From: Haliotis rubra
Taxonomy: Eukaryota
Direction: 5' to 3'
Length of the DNA stretch: 64,000 bases
Assembly: GCF_003918875.1 (NCBI RefSeq)
Contig: NW_025767507.1
Span: forward strand, 186,001 to 250,000
Shown: positions 24,146 to 36,000 of the stretch, in pieces
How the letters are laid out: every line of letters starts with the position of its first letter
How positions within the stretch are numbered: position 1 is the first letter of the stretch
Notes under the pieces: generated by a model
The model's input: only the letters and a program-made list of their open reading frames with translations
Database searches by the model: none
Told to the model about the DNA's origin: nothing
Position numbers and translations under genes: made by a program

Positions 24146-25224
24146 TACTGAAAGCCATTAAAAACGCAATTGGTATTTGTTGTCCTGAAACTTACAAAAG
24201 TTCCATTGAAGATTTTTTCCTGCGATACAGAGGATGTAGGGATAAAAGGCTGTTATTCTGGCCCATTTCGAGTTCGAGTCCTGCACCCAGGCCCTGTAAA
24301 AGCACAAGGAATTGTGGAACTCAATCACTTTGAGAAAATGCCACACTTGACACAAGACAAAAGGAATCAGGTTATCGGTATGGTCAGCCAAGGTGCTTCA
24401 GATGTGATGATTGCCAGGCACTTTAATGTGCATCCATCCACTGTAAGTCGACTCAGACAACGTTTTCGGGCTACCCGAAGTGTTGTTGATCGTCCGCGAC
24501 CTGGTGCACCACCTGTGAAAACAGCTCGACAAAACCGCAATATCCGAGTTTCACACTTGCGAAATCGGTTCCAAACAGCTGATGATTAGGCAAGGAGGAC
24601 AATTGGGACAAGTCAAAGTCATTTCAGCGCCCAAAAGGTGCAAGGACGCCTTGCTGCCTTCAACATCCGGTGTCGTAACCCGTACCGTGGTCCAACCTTA
24701 TTGCATCGCCACAGACTTGCCAGATAGCGATGGGCAGCAAATGGCGCCAATCTTGGCAACAGGACATGGCCAGATGTCATTTTGTTAGATGAATCCAGGT
24801 TTAACTTATCCTTTGCAGATGGACATCAACAGATTTATCGACGTAATGGAGAAAGACTTGCGCCAAACTGTGTCCTTGAACATGATCGTTTTGGAGGGGG
24901 TGGTGTCATGATCAGACCACAGACCATCAGAGGCTGCAGACCATCCAACAGCTGTTCCTGAGAAATGTGTGTCTTTCATTGCCCCAAAGACTGTGAGCAT
25001 GTCTTGCAGCGCACGGTGGACACACACCATATTGACTGCAAGTGACCCCTCCTTTGTGTGATGTCGTTGTTGCGTCACCGATGTTGTTGTTGACTGGACA
25101 TTTTGATGAAATTATTCACAGATGTTCACTTAAAACATATCTGCCAGTTAGGTTTATATATGTTGAAATTAGTGCGAGTAAAGAAAGCATGAATGTCAAA
25201 TTGCATTTTTAATGGCTTTCAGTA
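24146..25224 (+). mobile_element. Tc1/mariner element, internally deleted (~1.08 kb)
   Basis: TIRs tactgaaagccattaaaaa(c/t)gcaatt at both ends in TA context; transposase from ATG 24338 (MPHLTQDKRNQVIGM..HTH..DRPRPGAP) to first catalytic motif DESRF and HDRFGGGGVM, broken by stop/frameshifts; rest of DDE missing. Confidence 0.92.
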
Positions 25225-25567
25225 TATATAAGTCCTCTCTTCGGTGTGCGTGCAACTATATCAAAGCGTCTATTTCGTTGCGTTCCATGACAAAACTGGT
25301 TTGTACACGACTTTTGCGACTGAAACTTTTAAGAAAAAAACCCAGTTAGCTAGCTCCAGTTGAAATAAGAAACCAAATGGCAGTTACCAAACACAGGACT
25401 GGGCAATTATTGCATTCAATTAGACCTGATTGAACATCTGGTGTCACCACTCTTATGTGTCAGCAGACACTGGAGACCAGCTATGTTGTGTGGTGTTCAC
25501 GTTTTGTATTGAAGCAAATTACAGAGTGAGGTGAGGTGAAATGGGGTTTAACGTCGCACTTTCTTCG

Positions 25568-26050
25568 GGAACTCCCGTCTTTAGGCCCACACGAAATTTA
25601 GCCCATGGGCTAAAATAAGTGATTTCTTCCCGCATTTAAGCCCATGGGCTTAAATTTCGATTTAATTCTTGGGTGTAGACGTCCCTTTCCAAACGCAAGG
25701 CGAACCTAGACGTTTTTAACTTTAGTATAGTGTCTCTGCGAGGTCATCACGTCTACAGAACATTTTTTACACCAGTTACAGGGCAGTTATTAGTGACAGA
25801 AATTGATCATCTTAACCCCTATGATGTGCTTGCAGTTGCAGTTAAATTAAACCATGTGGTCATTCAATTTTGAATTTAAAGACAACTTCCTGATCAAAGA
25901 GTTTTTAAAAAAATCAGATTCTTTTTATTTTATCAACATATTGCGCATTTTCGAATTTAAGCCCTGGGCTTAAATATGGGTAAAATATTTCATCACTAGA
26001 ACAGTGATTTTCTAGATTTTCTAAGCCCTAGGCTTAAATACGGGAATACC
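25568..26050. mobile_element. MITE with imperfect TIRs and palindromic subterminal repeats
   Basis: ggaactcccgtctttaggccc versus ggcttaaatacgggaatacc; repeated ttaagccc(atg)ggcttaa palindromes; abuts a SINE family-2 tail at 25527-25560. Confidence 0.6.
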
Positions 26051-26786
26051 TGGTAGTATCTATTAATGTACCTGGCTAGTATAGATTGGGCACCATTCTG
26101 AAAACACCAAACTCCCCTCTGCTCGATTCAATAAAACTGAAACAGGTGTTTCAAATTATTCTGAATATTCACGAGGGCACTCATGAGTATTATGTGTGTA
26201 TGTGTAATACATATATAGAATTGTATTAATTATACATTGATCTTGTGTGTTCATTTACAGACTTCAAAACTTTCTCAAGTCTATGTTAATTTTTTTATGA
26301 AGGTTATCCTGCAGATAAGAAGGCTTTGTGGATTGTGGACCTGGTTTCAAAAATCCAGCATCCCGAGCCATCATTTTGATGATGATGTAACAAACCAAAC
26401 ATCACTATCATGGTGAATCGGAGACTTTTTACCCCAGTTTGCAAACAAATGCAAGTAATTTTGCTAGCTGATCCATTACCAGAGTTTTAAATTGTGCTGT
26501 CACGTTTTTAGTAAACACTGGCAATAAGGTGTAAGTAGAAATAAAGTTGGAATGAAGTTTTTTTCTGAATTGTCCTGTACACCAAAGAAACGACAAACTG
26601 CATGATACATACGACGGTTGTAGCACAAATAATGTTAATTTAATGCTTGGGGCACTGATGAAGCCAGCACAGATAGTGATCTACTCTGTGCCATCAAACT
26701 CACGCCAAACTTTAGAAAAGCAAGTCACCTCACATCTGTTAGAAAAAAGGCTTACAAAAGAACAGAATTCATATCAATTTTTATAA

Positions 26787-26792
26787 TTTATT
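26787..26792 (-). terminator. Candidate distal poly(A) signal of PPP6R3-like gene
   Basis: AATAAA on the minus strand at the end of a ~6.2-kb TE-poor AT-rich tract after the stop codon. Confidence 0.4.
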
Positions 26793-29700
26793 TATAAATA
26801 CTGTCAATCAACAGCCTTTGTCTCTGTATCTCACACCCTGCACTGTTAGGGAATACACAAATGATTCTGTACACAAAGTCATTGTCACAAACTACGAAGT
26901 TTTTTTTTCATGCAGCACTGCGAGAGCATGCCTCTACCTTCACCCTAAAATACACATCTCTTCACATAGAAAATTAGTTATTATGACTTACAATGAACTT
27001 ACTGTGAACCACTGTACACCTCTGTACAGTATTTTAATATATATGTATCTATACAATATCATTATTCTGCATACATTAACAACAGCAGGGCTCGGGATGC
27101 GATTTACCTGGGCAAGGTAGGAAGTTCATTAACTGCATATCCTAGATCTCAATTATCAACATGGAGACGGCTTCATGTCTTCTTCATAAAATAGATATAT
27201 AGCTTTTGAGTCGAAACGAAAACTTAAAGCAACTAGATTTTGGCACATATCAATGTCGTTATATGTCTAATGCATTTCCATAAACACAGATATGTCTCCA
27301 ATGAAATAAATCAATTATACATCTGTACATCTGGAATATTTACATCTAAAAATCACATGTCTAAAAGGTTCAAGTTTCCCACGGGATGGAAACAAATGTC
27401 TAAAAAATACAATGAAAGAATGTTGATCTGTGGATGGGGGAAAACTGGACTTTACTATGGAAGGCGACTTCCATGGACAAAGGTGGAAATGAACCACAAG
27501 TTGCCAATTTTTCACTATTCATGTACTCAAATAAAATAGCATGTTACTTTCACTGCCAGTCAAGACATAAGCTTAGTTATATTGTTCAACTTGCATATTC
27601 ATTCTAAAATGCTGAGGTTTGTTTTGTAGCATTACTGGAAAGTTTGGTCCCAAATTTTAAGGTCAAAACCAAAATCGCTCATCATGTTGGACAATTACTT
27701 CAGCATAATCTTATACTACTTGACTGAAGTACTCCATATGAACATTTCAAAAGAATTTTCTTGAGCGAAGATCCACATTGTTGTAATTTGATTAGAAACT
27801 CGACATAAGTAAAAACATCCCACACTAATCATACAACAGCTCATAAATGCACACCACGCTTAGAACACCAGCTCTGGGAAACACAAGCATTTAAGCACAA
27901 AACTAAAAAGAACTTGATCAGGCAACTGATAAACGGTGGTAATAAGATATATTAGGACAGATAAGTTTCAGAATTGACATGAATCTGAAAGTTTGAGATG
28001 TTCCTGGTGGTCCACAATACTATTGTATCTGTGGACACTGTACCACACATAAAGGAGTGAAGGAGACATCAATGAAGGACAGAACAACAAACACTGAACA
28101 ACAGCCGATAAAACAACACATCAGTGAGGAGGGGCAGGGCCCCATAATCTACAGCAGGTACTGGATCCATTGTGGCTATTTTGACTGACAGATTTAATTG
28201 GGGGAAAATGTAGGATATCGGGTTCATCACTTAATAAAAAATAAATATAGAAGGCTAGTCCATCAATCATTGTATGTCTGGGCAATCAGTCCTAATGCTG
28301 AAGTCCGATGCTTTCTGCCTTTATGCAGGTGTTGAAAAGCAGATTTAATTCATCTAGCATACTTAAATTTCAAATATTCTCAATGCCTTCGGAGTGTCAT
28401 CCTCAAAGGCAAATGCTGCCTCTAAAATTATACTTCTGAAAATGGAAGGTTTCCTTTGCAAATATGAATAATGAAAAACACACACACAAATATTTCACAG
28501 GTTCTTACTTGTATAAAGATAAAGGTGGCACCCTCTTTCCATCTGTATTTTGCATTTCGCAAATGACAACACGCCAAATGTTCAAAATAGAAGATCAAAA
28601 CCTCGTTTCTCTACATTTCCCCCTGTTAATTGTCACATCAAGATCATAGCCAAGTAAACGTAGCAGGCAGTTTGATTTGTATCAGTTTACCATATTACAA
28701 CATCCACAATGACATTCACAAACTAACTTAACAAACTAAAAACTGTCTTAGTTGCTGCTGATACATAAAAGTTAGTCGAGTATGTGAAGTCCTTATCAGC
28801 ACGTTAGTGAGGAATGAGTTAGAGGAGCAAACGGCTTGACCCAGCCATAAGGATGCAGTTATACATATGTGAACTAAGAATAATTTCACCGGAGATCAAA
28901 GTTAAATATAAAGACTCTTATCAGGTTAATTTGAGCATTGTATTGAAAGTCACAGAAATTGTCTGATGGTGTCAATACATCCATGAAGTTGCTTCTACCC
29001 GTGAAATGATTTAGTGAACACCAGCCATTCTAATAGAAATTTTGTTGAACACCGAGACATTCACAGATTCAGTTATGGATATTGAAGGTATACGTACATA
29101 AAAGGAGTGTCTTTCCACTTGCAGTGATCTGAAGAACAAGTAGGACCTACCTCAGGAAAGATGCTTATTGGGAGTAATGCCAGCAATACTTCAAACTATC
29201 AACCAATGACTAGTGAAAAGGAAAGGGACTACTTGTCTCTCCCCATAAATGCTTGTCAAACTGAAGTGTGTGATGGAAGAGATACATGTATCTTTAGTCA
29301 GTCTGAGCATACTGAATGAAGACAATCCCAATTCAACCATTCAGTAGATCCTTAGACTAAATGCAACTCTGACCAAGAGTAATGATTACTATGCCACAGC
29401 TACAAGCTTGGGCCTAAGGACTATTCAACCTGCCGGTTCCTGTACTGAAAAGGGAATCAAAGAAAACGATTTCCTCTTCTTTTAATGTATTCACAGAAAG
29501 GTTTATTGGTATTTTACCAGCGTTTGCTTTCTTCTTCAAGAACCCTGTGTTAATTCAACAGTTGCCTGAGAAACTAAATGAAGTGTTAAATTAGACCTGG
29601 TGTTGAAATTGTTCCTAATGAGTATTGCAATTTGAGAACATAAGAGATATGTTCTTGTCAGCTTTCTGGAGTGATTGACAGCATAGTTGAGAAGACTGCA

Positions 29701-32700
29701 CAGGGAGTTCTGTGAGGTAGAAAACTGTAGGGGATGTCAGACAGTACAACATGAATGGCAAGCCAGACCGGAGACTTTCACAAAAGCTCACAAAGAATCA
29801 CTTAAAATACAGTTATGGCCATTGCTGTTCCTTCAAGGCTGAACAGAAATTACAAAAACATCAGCAAAGATTCAATTTCATATTTTAATATTAGACATTT
29901 CTATTTTTCATATAATTTCCTGACAATATGAAAAATTAACCCATACCATGTGCAAGATGCTCCTCTAGTGTGTAAGCACAACAATGTTTCAAAGTGAGCT
30001 CTGTGTGCTCATTCTACATTACAGCCTCTTCAAAACACATCAAGATGAATTAACTAGATCGTTGTGAACCTTTTTCACTCACTTTACACTTCCACATACA
30101 GTAGGTAAGAATATTGAGAACCAATAGCCAATCCATAGGTCATTGTAGAGCAAGGTTTTTAAATATGACAGAGATATAAACTGCAATACTTACAGTAATC
30201 ATATGACAATACTGTAAGACAGCACCTTGGGGGTATTTCAGTTGCTAGTTATATGTTGCTAGATGTTAAAGAGCACTTCAAAGCTGTAAGATGGTGATGC
30301 ACACTATAACAACCATCCTATTTCACACAGCAATCCCAGCGGAAGTCTCAAGTCTCCACATGTACTGCTGAGGCAGCTCAACGGAAAAAGTTTTTAGCAC
30401 GAACAGAGTTCAACTGAAAATTTTATCACGATGCATTAAAAAACCTGGCAAGGAGTCTTGTGTGGGAGATACAGAAAAGAAAAAATGGAAAGACAGACAT
30501 TGCCACTTAAACAATTCCCATCAATTAGCTATACATTGACTCACCATTCGTGATTGACTATTACATGGCTTATAATAATAGCCAATACATGTTGCTTGTA
30601 CAAAATGCACTGACTTGTATATAACAGTATGTACAAATATCACAAAACAATTACCTAGCTAGTGTTCCACTGGAAACTTGCAAATTTGTTAGGATATTGT
30701 AAGTAAGGTATTTTACATAAACTCTCCTTCTAAAACTTAGTAATATTTACAACATTATACAGATCAGCACTTGCATGAGTAATGATTATCTATGAGCAGA
30801 GTGAGGGCATTGGTATAAAACATTTCAAAATCAAATTATCTAGGAAGATTCAAAGGCACAGAAACATTTTCTGAAGTGGGTGCCAAAATCTGCAAACATG
30901 AATACTAAGAAGAAAATTATTGGCAAAATTTAATATTCATAAACAGATAAAATTAACAGGAGTAATCAAAATATTTGAGGTTTGTCAGTAGTTTCATGAA
31001 AAAGTGAAAAAAAAATCCCCAAAAAATCTAGTGACTTCAACAGGTCAACACAATATACTTCAAAATTTGTTTCAATTCAGAAAATACTTGTCAACGATAC
31101 ATTAGTTCCAGTTTTCACTGACAAGGATTGGAATTACAAATGTTGTTTACAGGAAAACCTGAGGGAAAATAAATGACATTATGATGGTTTGGTTACATTT
31201 CCAACATGGCAAATAACACTTATTACATTGATATCATTTGGTTATGAACATGTGTCGTATGTGTTGTTCAAACACAATCAATAAATTAATAACATAGTCA
31301 CTTAAAATATTGCTAGTTTGTGTGCAAAGGGAAAACTGTCTATCAAGTGAAATTAAAACATGTGCCAGAGAATATAAAATGCAAATACGAGATCATGATT
31401 TAAGCATAACAAATATTCTTCATCAAGATGGAAATTTCACACCTTTATGACAATTACCATCTTGAGCTGACTGACAATTACTGAGCATTATTAAATACAA
31501 CACAAAGTACAGACCATGATTATCTCCATAATGTACACATTATTCAGACTTAATCACATTGAAAAAAAAAAGAGTTGTCTCCCCTAACACAGGCATGTGA
31601 TCCGAGTCTTGGTGTTGTTGACAAAAATCACAAAAATAAAATGTCTATCTGATACAATGTAAAACATATCACAATTCAACTGCCCCTCACAAGATGATCC
31701 ACAAACTTTACATTAGAGATTGAGCGCTGTTTCTAAAATTCTAAAGGCATTATGGCAATTATGCTTCATGAAGTGAACTGAATTAAATAGAATATTAAAA
31801 TATACATGTCCTTCTAGATGATGGATTATCCTTTGCTACCATTATCGATTAATGCATCTTCTGAGCACGTATAAATTCACCCTCAACAGAACATACAGCA
31901 ATAAATAAGTGACATTACAAAATTTTACCTTTTAATGTGTGTAAGTTTGTTTGTCACGAAGCATGCAGATACATAATATGGCTGTGGAACAGAGAATCAC
32001 AAAACTTTGGCAAAGATAAACTTTCTGATATGATTTAAAAAAAGGTTCTGTATGGATAACAAATGTCAGCTACATTTTGATTTAATCGAAACCATAATAG
32101 ATTGCCACCTAGAGTTAGTGAAATAAAGTAAGCATACCATCCTTACTACACGAGAAACTAATCCAGAACCACTTGTATAAGCAGTAGAGTGTGTTCCATA
32201 CCAAGAAGTTGTACAGATGGAGAACCAAATGAATTACATAAAGCGAATCATACATTAAACATGATTTGCAAGTATTAATATCATTGTTGATATGCATATT
32301 GGGAGAGCTCTAAAAGTGCATAAATTGGCAGAACATAGGGAATATAATTTTACCAGAACATCTTTGTTTGTAACAATGTTGACTTGGTGTGGTATGTTAA
32401 CACCACTAGGTCTGCCAGTGCGGAGTGCATCAACCAACGTTGGTATTGAAGGGTAACTCTTGGACTGTGTGATGTTGCTGTGGTCGTCGCCCATGCCGAT
32501 ACCAAGTTCCGGCATCTGCATCAGGGAGGTCTGTTTATCATATCTAAAAAGCACCATGACAGCATCGTGGCAGTCCTCCCTCCCCCATCCACTCACTCTT
32601 TTTACTCATTCACTCACTCTCTCACAAGCATTGTGGCAGATGCTAGTCTTGGATGTCAAATGAAAACTAACAAATGTCTGCATCTCTTTCTAGCACAACT

Positions 32701-33016
32701 AAAACATCACAGGAATCACAAGTGCTGTATGCCCATCTGTAATCATACTGACGACGCCAACAAAGTTTTATCTGGAGGTTAAAATCCGAGTCCTTTGAGC
32801 TGGCCATTTGTCAATGAGGGGTCTACAAGAGTCGTCGCATGGTTGTTTGGGTGGGAATTGGGACACACACTGGCTTGCCATTATAGACAAGATTAAAACT
32901 GTTAAAAGCCTGGCTGCTATCACAGGCATCCCTGTTTTTGATAAGGCATTATATACAGAAGCAGCTGCCTCATAGCATGTGTTCGTTTCCTTATTTATCT
33001 AACTTGGGCCACAGAC

Positions 33017-33098
33017 TCAAACTGGGCCATTGGGTACACTGGAAGAGGAATCGGGCACAACTTTGTTATAGTTCTCTAGGGCTTCTTTGGCCATTGCT
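33017..33098 (-). CDS. PPP6R3: PPP6R3 terminal coding exon ([13 protein letters not shown]...NGPV*)
   Basis: ttttttcag acceptor; C-terminal NGPV as in vertebrate PPP6R3. Confidence 0.85.
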
Positions 33099-36000
33099 CT
33101 GAAAAAATAAAAGAGAACAGATGTTATTTGCAGTTCACTCAGATCAGGCTACACTCTCCAAAACAATTTACATTAGCCTACAAATGATCACAGATTTGAA
33201 AATTATAAATATAACTTGTATATTTATATACTTATCCTATCTCACGGTATGCACTTCTCTCTCTTGATTCGACACTGAGTGGAACGATGTAAACTTTTCC
33301 CCCTTGGCCTTCCCCATCCGCCCATGCACTCCATGCTACCCTCATTATAAGACAGCTTCCTAGTTGTCATGCAAAGCATGCGGCATGCACCACTAGCTAC
33401 CCCCGTGACTATCTCCGAATCATCATTCTCATTCTTGGAGCCACTGGAATAGTAATCTTGGAGAATCTGCAGAGCAGGGAGGATGGGTGGGAATCCGTCG
33501 CGTGAGATAGGATATATTTATCCTATCTCACGGTATGCACTTATCCCACGGTCGGACGGCAGGACGAAGATACCCTGTGTGTTGTCAGTGCGAACAGTAG
33601 AACTGTGTAGACTGGAAACAACCGTAGATAGCAATGCACAAGGGAGGCCTGTTATGGCTAGCACAACTCCTATGCTTGTGACGAGTTCCTCTGAACTCCG
33701 TGGCTTACTAAGCATAACGTCTCCCAGGGAGATGGGTGCTCCCGAGCTATGTGGTGTTCGGCCGCAACCTCCGAAGAAGGACGCAGCTCAGAGAGAAAGG
33801 GTGTCACTTCGCCACGATTTTCAAGGTACCCCCGTGAATCAAAATCATAGACAATAATCGGGCCAGTCCCTGATTCGAGAAGACCCCCACAGACACCGAC
33901 CAGGGACGGGTGAAAGAGAAGCACACCTCGGAAAACTCGCAGTTTTAACGTTCAGTTCCAGTCAACATCAAATTGACCCTCACTCCTTTACATAAGCTTA
34001 GTCAAAGGATGAGCCTGGCTACTTCAGAGTCGGAACGCAACGAAATCCACTGGAATTCGGGAGTGACACACTTCACTGACGTAATTGCTTCGAAAAGTAG
34101 AGGTCAGGAAACGTGAAATGTCGAACCCTTCCACATCATGATACAGAATCGAGCTCCAGATTCGTCCAACCAGCGAGGCGGTAGTATCTCTGTGTCTTAG
34201 TATAAAATTAAGTGAAGTAGTTCTAACCCATAGGCAATCAAAACATAAGGCAGACATCAAGTTCAGACTTATATTCAGGAAGGTACAGGGAAGCAGCAAC
34301 TGTGTGGGACCGTCCCCTATCTGCGTTGTTGGGCCCTAGACAGCTGTTGTGCGAGAACAAGGGGTCCAAACTGGTACAGGCCGTGGACGTCCTTGACTGA
34401 AACTGAGAGGTCCCGAAGGTGGTGGGAGGAGAAGACCGAGTCAGATCGCCAGAAGCATCCTTCCATAATGGCGTGGAGAGAGCAGTTACTATGCAGAGCC
34501 ATCGTAGATGCTAACGCCCGTGTCTCATGTGGATTGGAAGCTGTCGGGGCCGGTAACACAACGAAGGTGTAAGCCTGTAGGATGGTGGCTCTCATCCAGA
34601 AGGATAATGTGGTGCGGCATGTCGAGACACTTCCATCCTGGATGTTGAGGACAACGGAATGAAGAGGTGCTTGCGGAGACGGCGGCGATCTTTAGAAGCA
34701 GCAAGAAAAATCTTCAAAGCCCTAACAGGGCAAAGCTGCAGGTCTTCATTGTCATGCGGCCCAAGGATAGTGGACAACGGTGGGATGGTAAAAGTACGAT
34801 CGTGTTGTCCCGGCAATTGATTCTTCGCTACGAAATCCCAACGGAGACCGAGGAAGACTTTGCCATGCTTCTTCCGTTCGAAACTTGACTCTGTTAACGT
34901 CCAAAGCGTGGAGTGAAGAAATCCGAGCAGCTGTAGCCAAGGCCACAAGGAAAAAGGTCTTGAAGGAGATCTTCTCAAAGTCCTTCTGAGCTAAGGGTTC
35001 ATAGTTCGCCAAGGCCAAATGATGCAGCACCACAGATAAATCCCATGCAGGAGGTCTAAACTTCTTAGACTGATCGATCAACTTGAAAGACCGGAGTAAA
35101 TACTGAAGCTCAGGAACCGTCGAAACCTTAGAGCCTGTGGTGGTAGCCAGGACCGAGTTGATCGCAGCAAGGTAAGTGGCCAAAGTGTAACCCTTGAGCT
35201 TCTTAGGCGACTGCAAATGCTGAAGAAATTCAGCGACGATTTGAGGTGAAGAAGAATGGGAGATGTAATGCCTCTGGACGTGCAATATCCCTCAAAACAC
35301 TTCCACTTCTCATCATAAAGTGAGCGGGTGGAAGTCCGATGAGCAGAAGTGATTGCCATAGCCACTCTCCGAGAATACTCCTTGGCGATTAAGGATTTGT
35401 GCAGATGCGCCAAACGTGCAGAGATGAGCGAAAGAGAAAAGAGAGAGCGAAAGAGAAGGAAAGAGAGGGAGAAAAGGAGGGGGTAGGGAGGAGGAGAGAG
35501 AGGGGGGAAAAAGGAGAAAGGCGTAAGCGTTGAGCCCCTCCCTAGTTGGTCTGGTATCGGCGAGACAAACTTCGGGAGCTGATGGTTGAACGCTCCATGT
35601 CGAGCGGTGAGAAGAACCACCAAGAAATTGAGTTCGTTGATGTGCAAGTCCCGTTCTGTGGACGACCACAGCCCGGCCGTCTGATGATGAAGAAAGTGAG
35701 CCCCCGACCCCTGAGGGATGCGTCGAGGAACAATGATGAGTCGACACGAAGGACAACATTCTGCTCATCTAGCACAGCTGAGGCTGAAGCTAAGGCTTGG
35801 GGCTTGAGCCGACGTCAGAAAGCCAAGCAGCTGCCACTGAGATAGCGCTGGAGGAATGCATTGCGGGTCATATGCACCTGTCTTGAAGTTGCGAGACCCA
35901 GCAACTCTTGCCACTGATGAAGGGATATCTCCTGATAGAGTTCTGAATGTTGTAGATTTGGCGCATGGAGATCGTCAGTCAATCTACAGGAACGTGCACA

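Noticed and set aside
8614-33016. Numerous short 60-120 aa ORFs in the ORF track outside the annotated genes and TEs
   Set aside because: No recognisable domains or splice-consistent structure; expected by chance or antisense to real exons and TEs.
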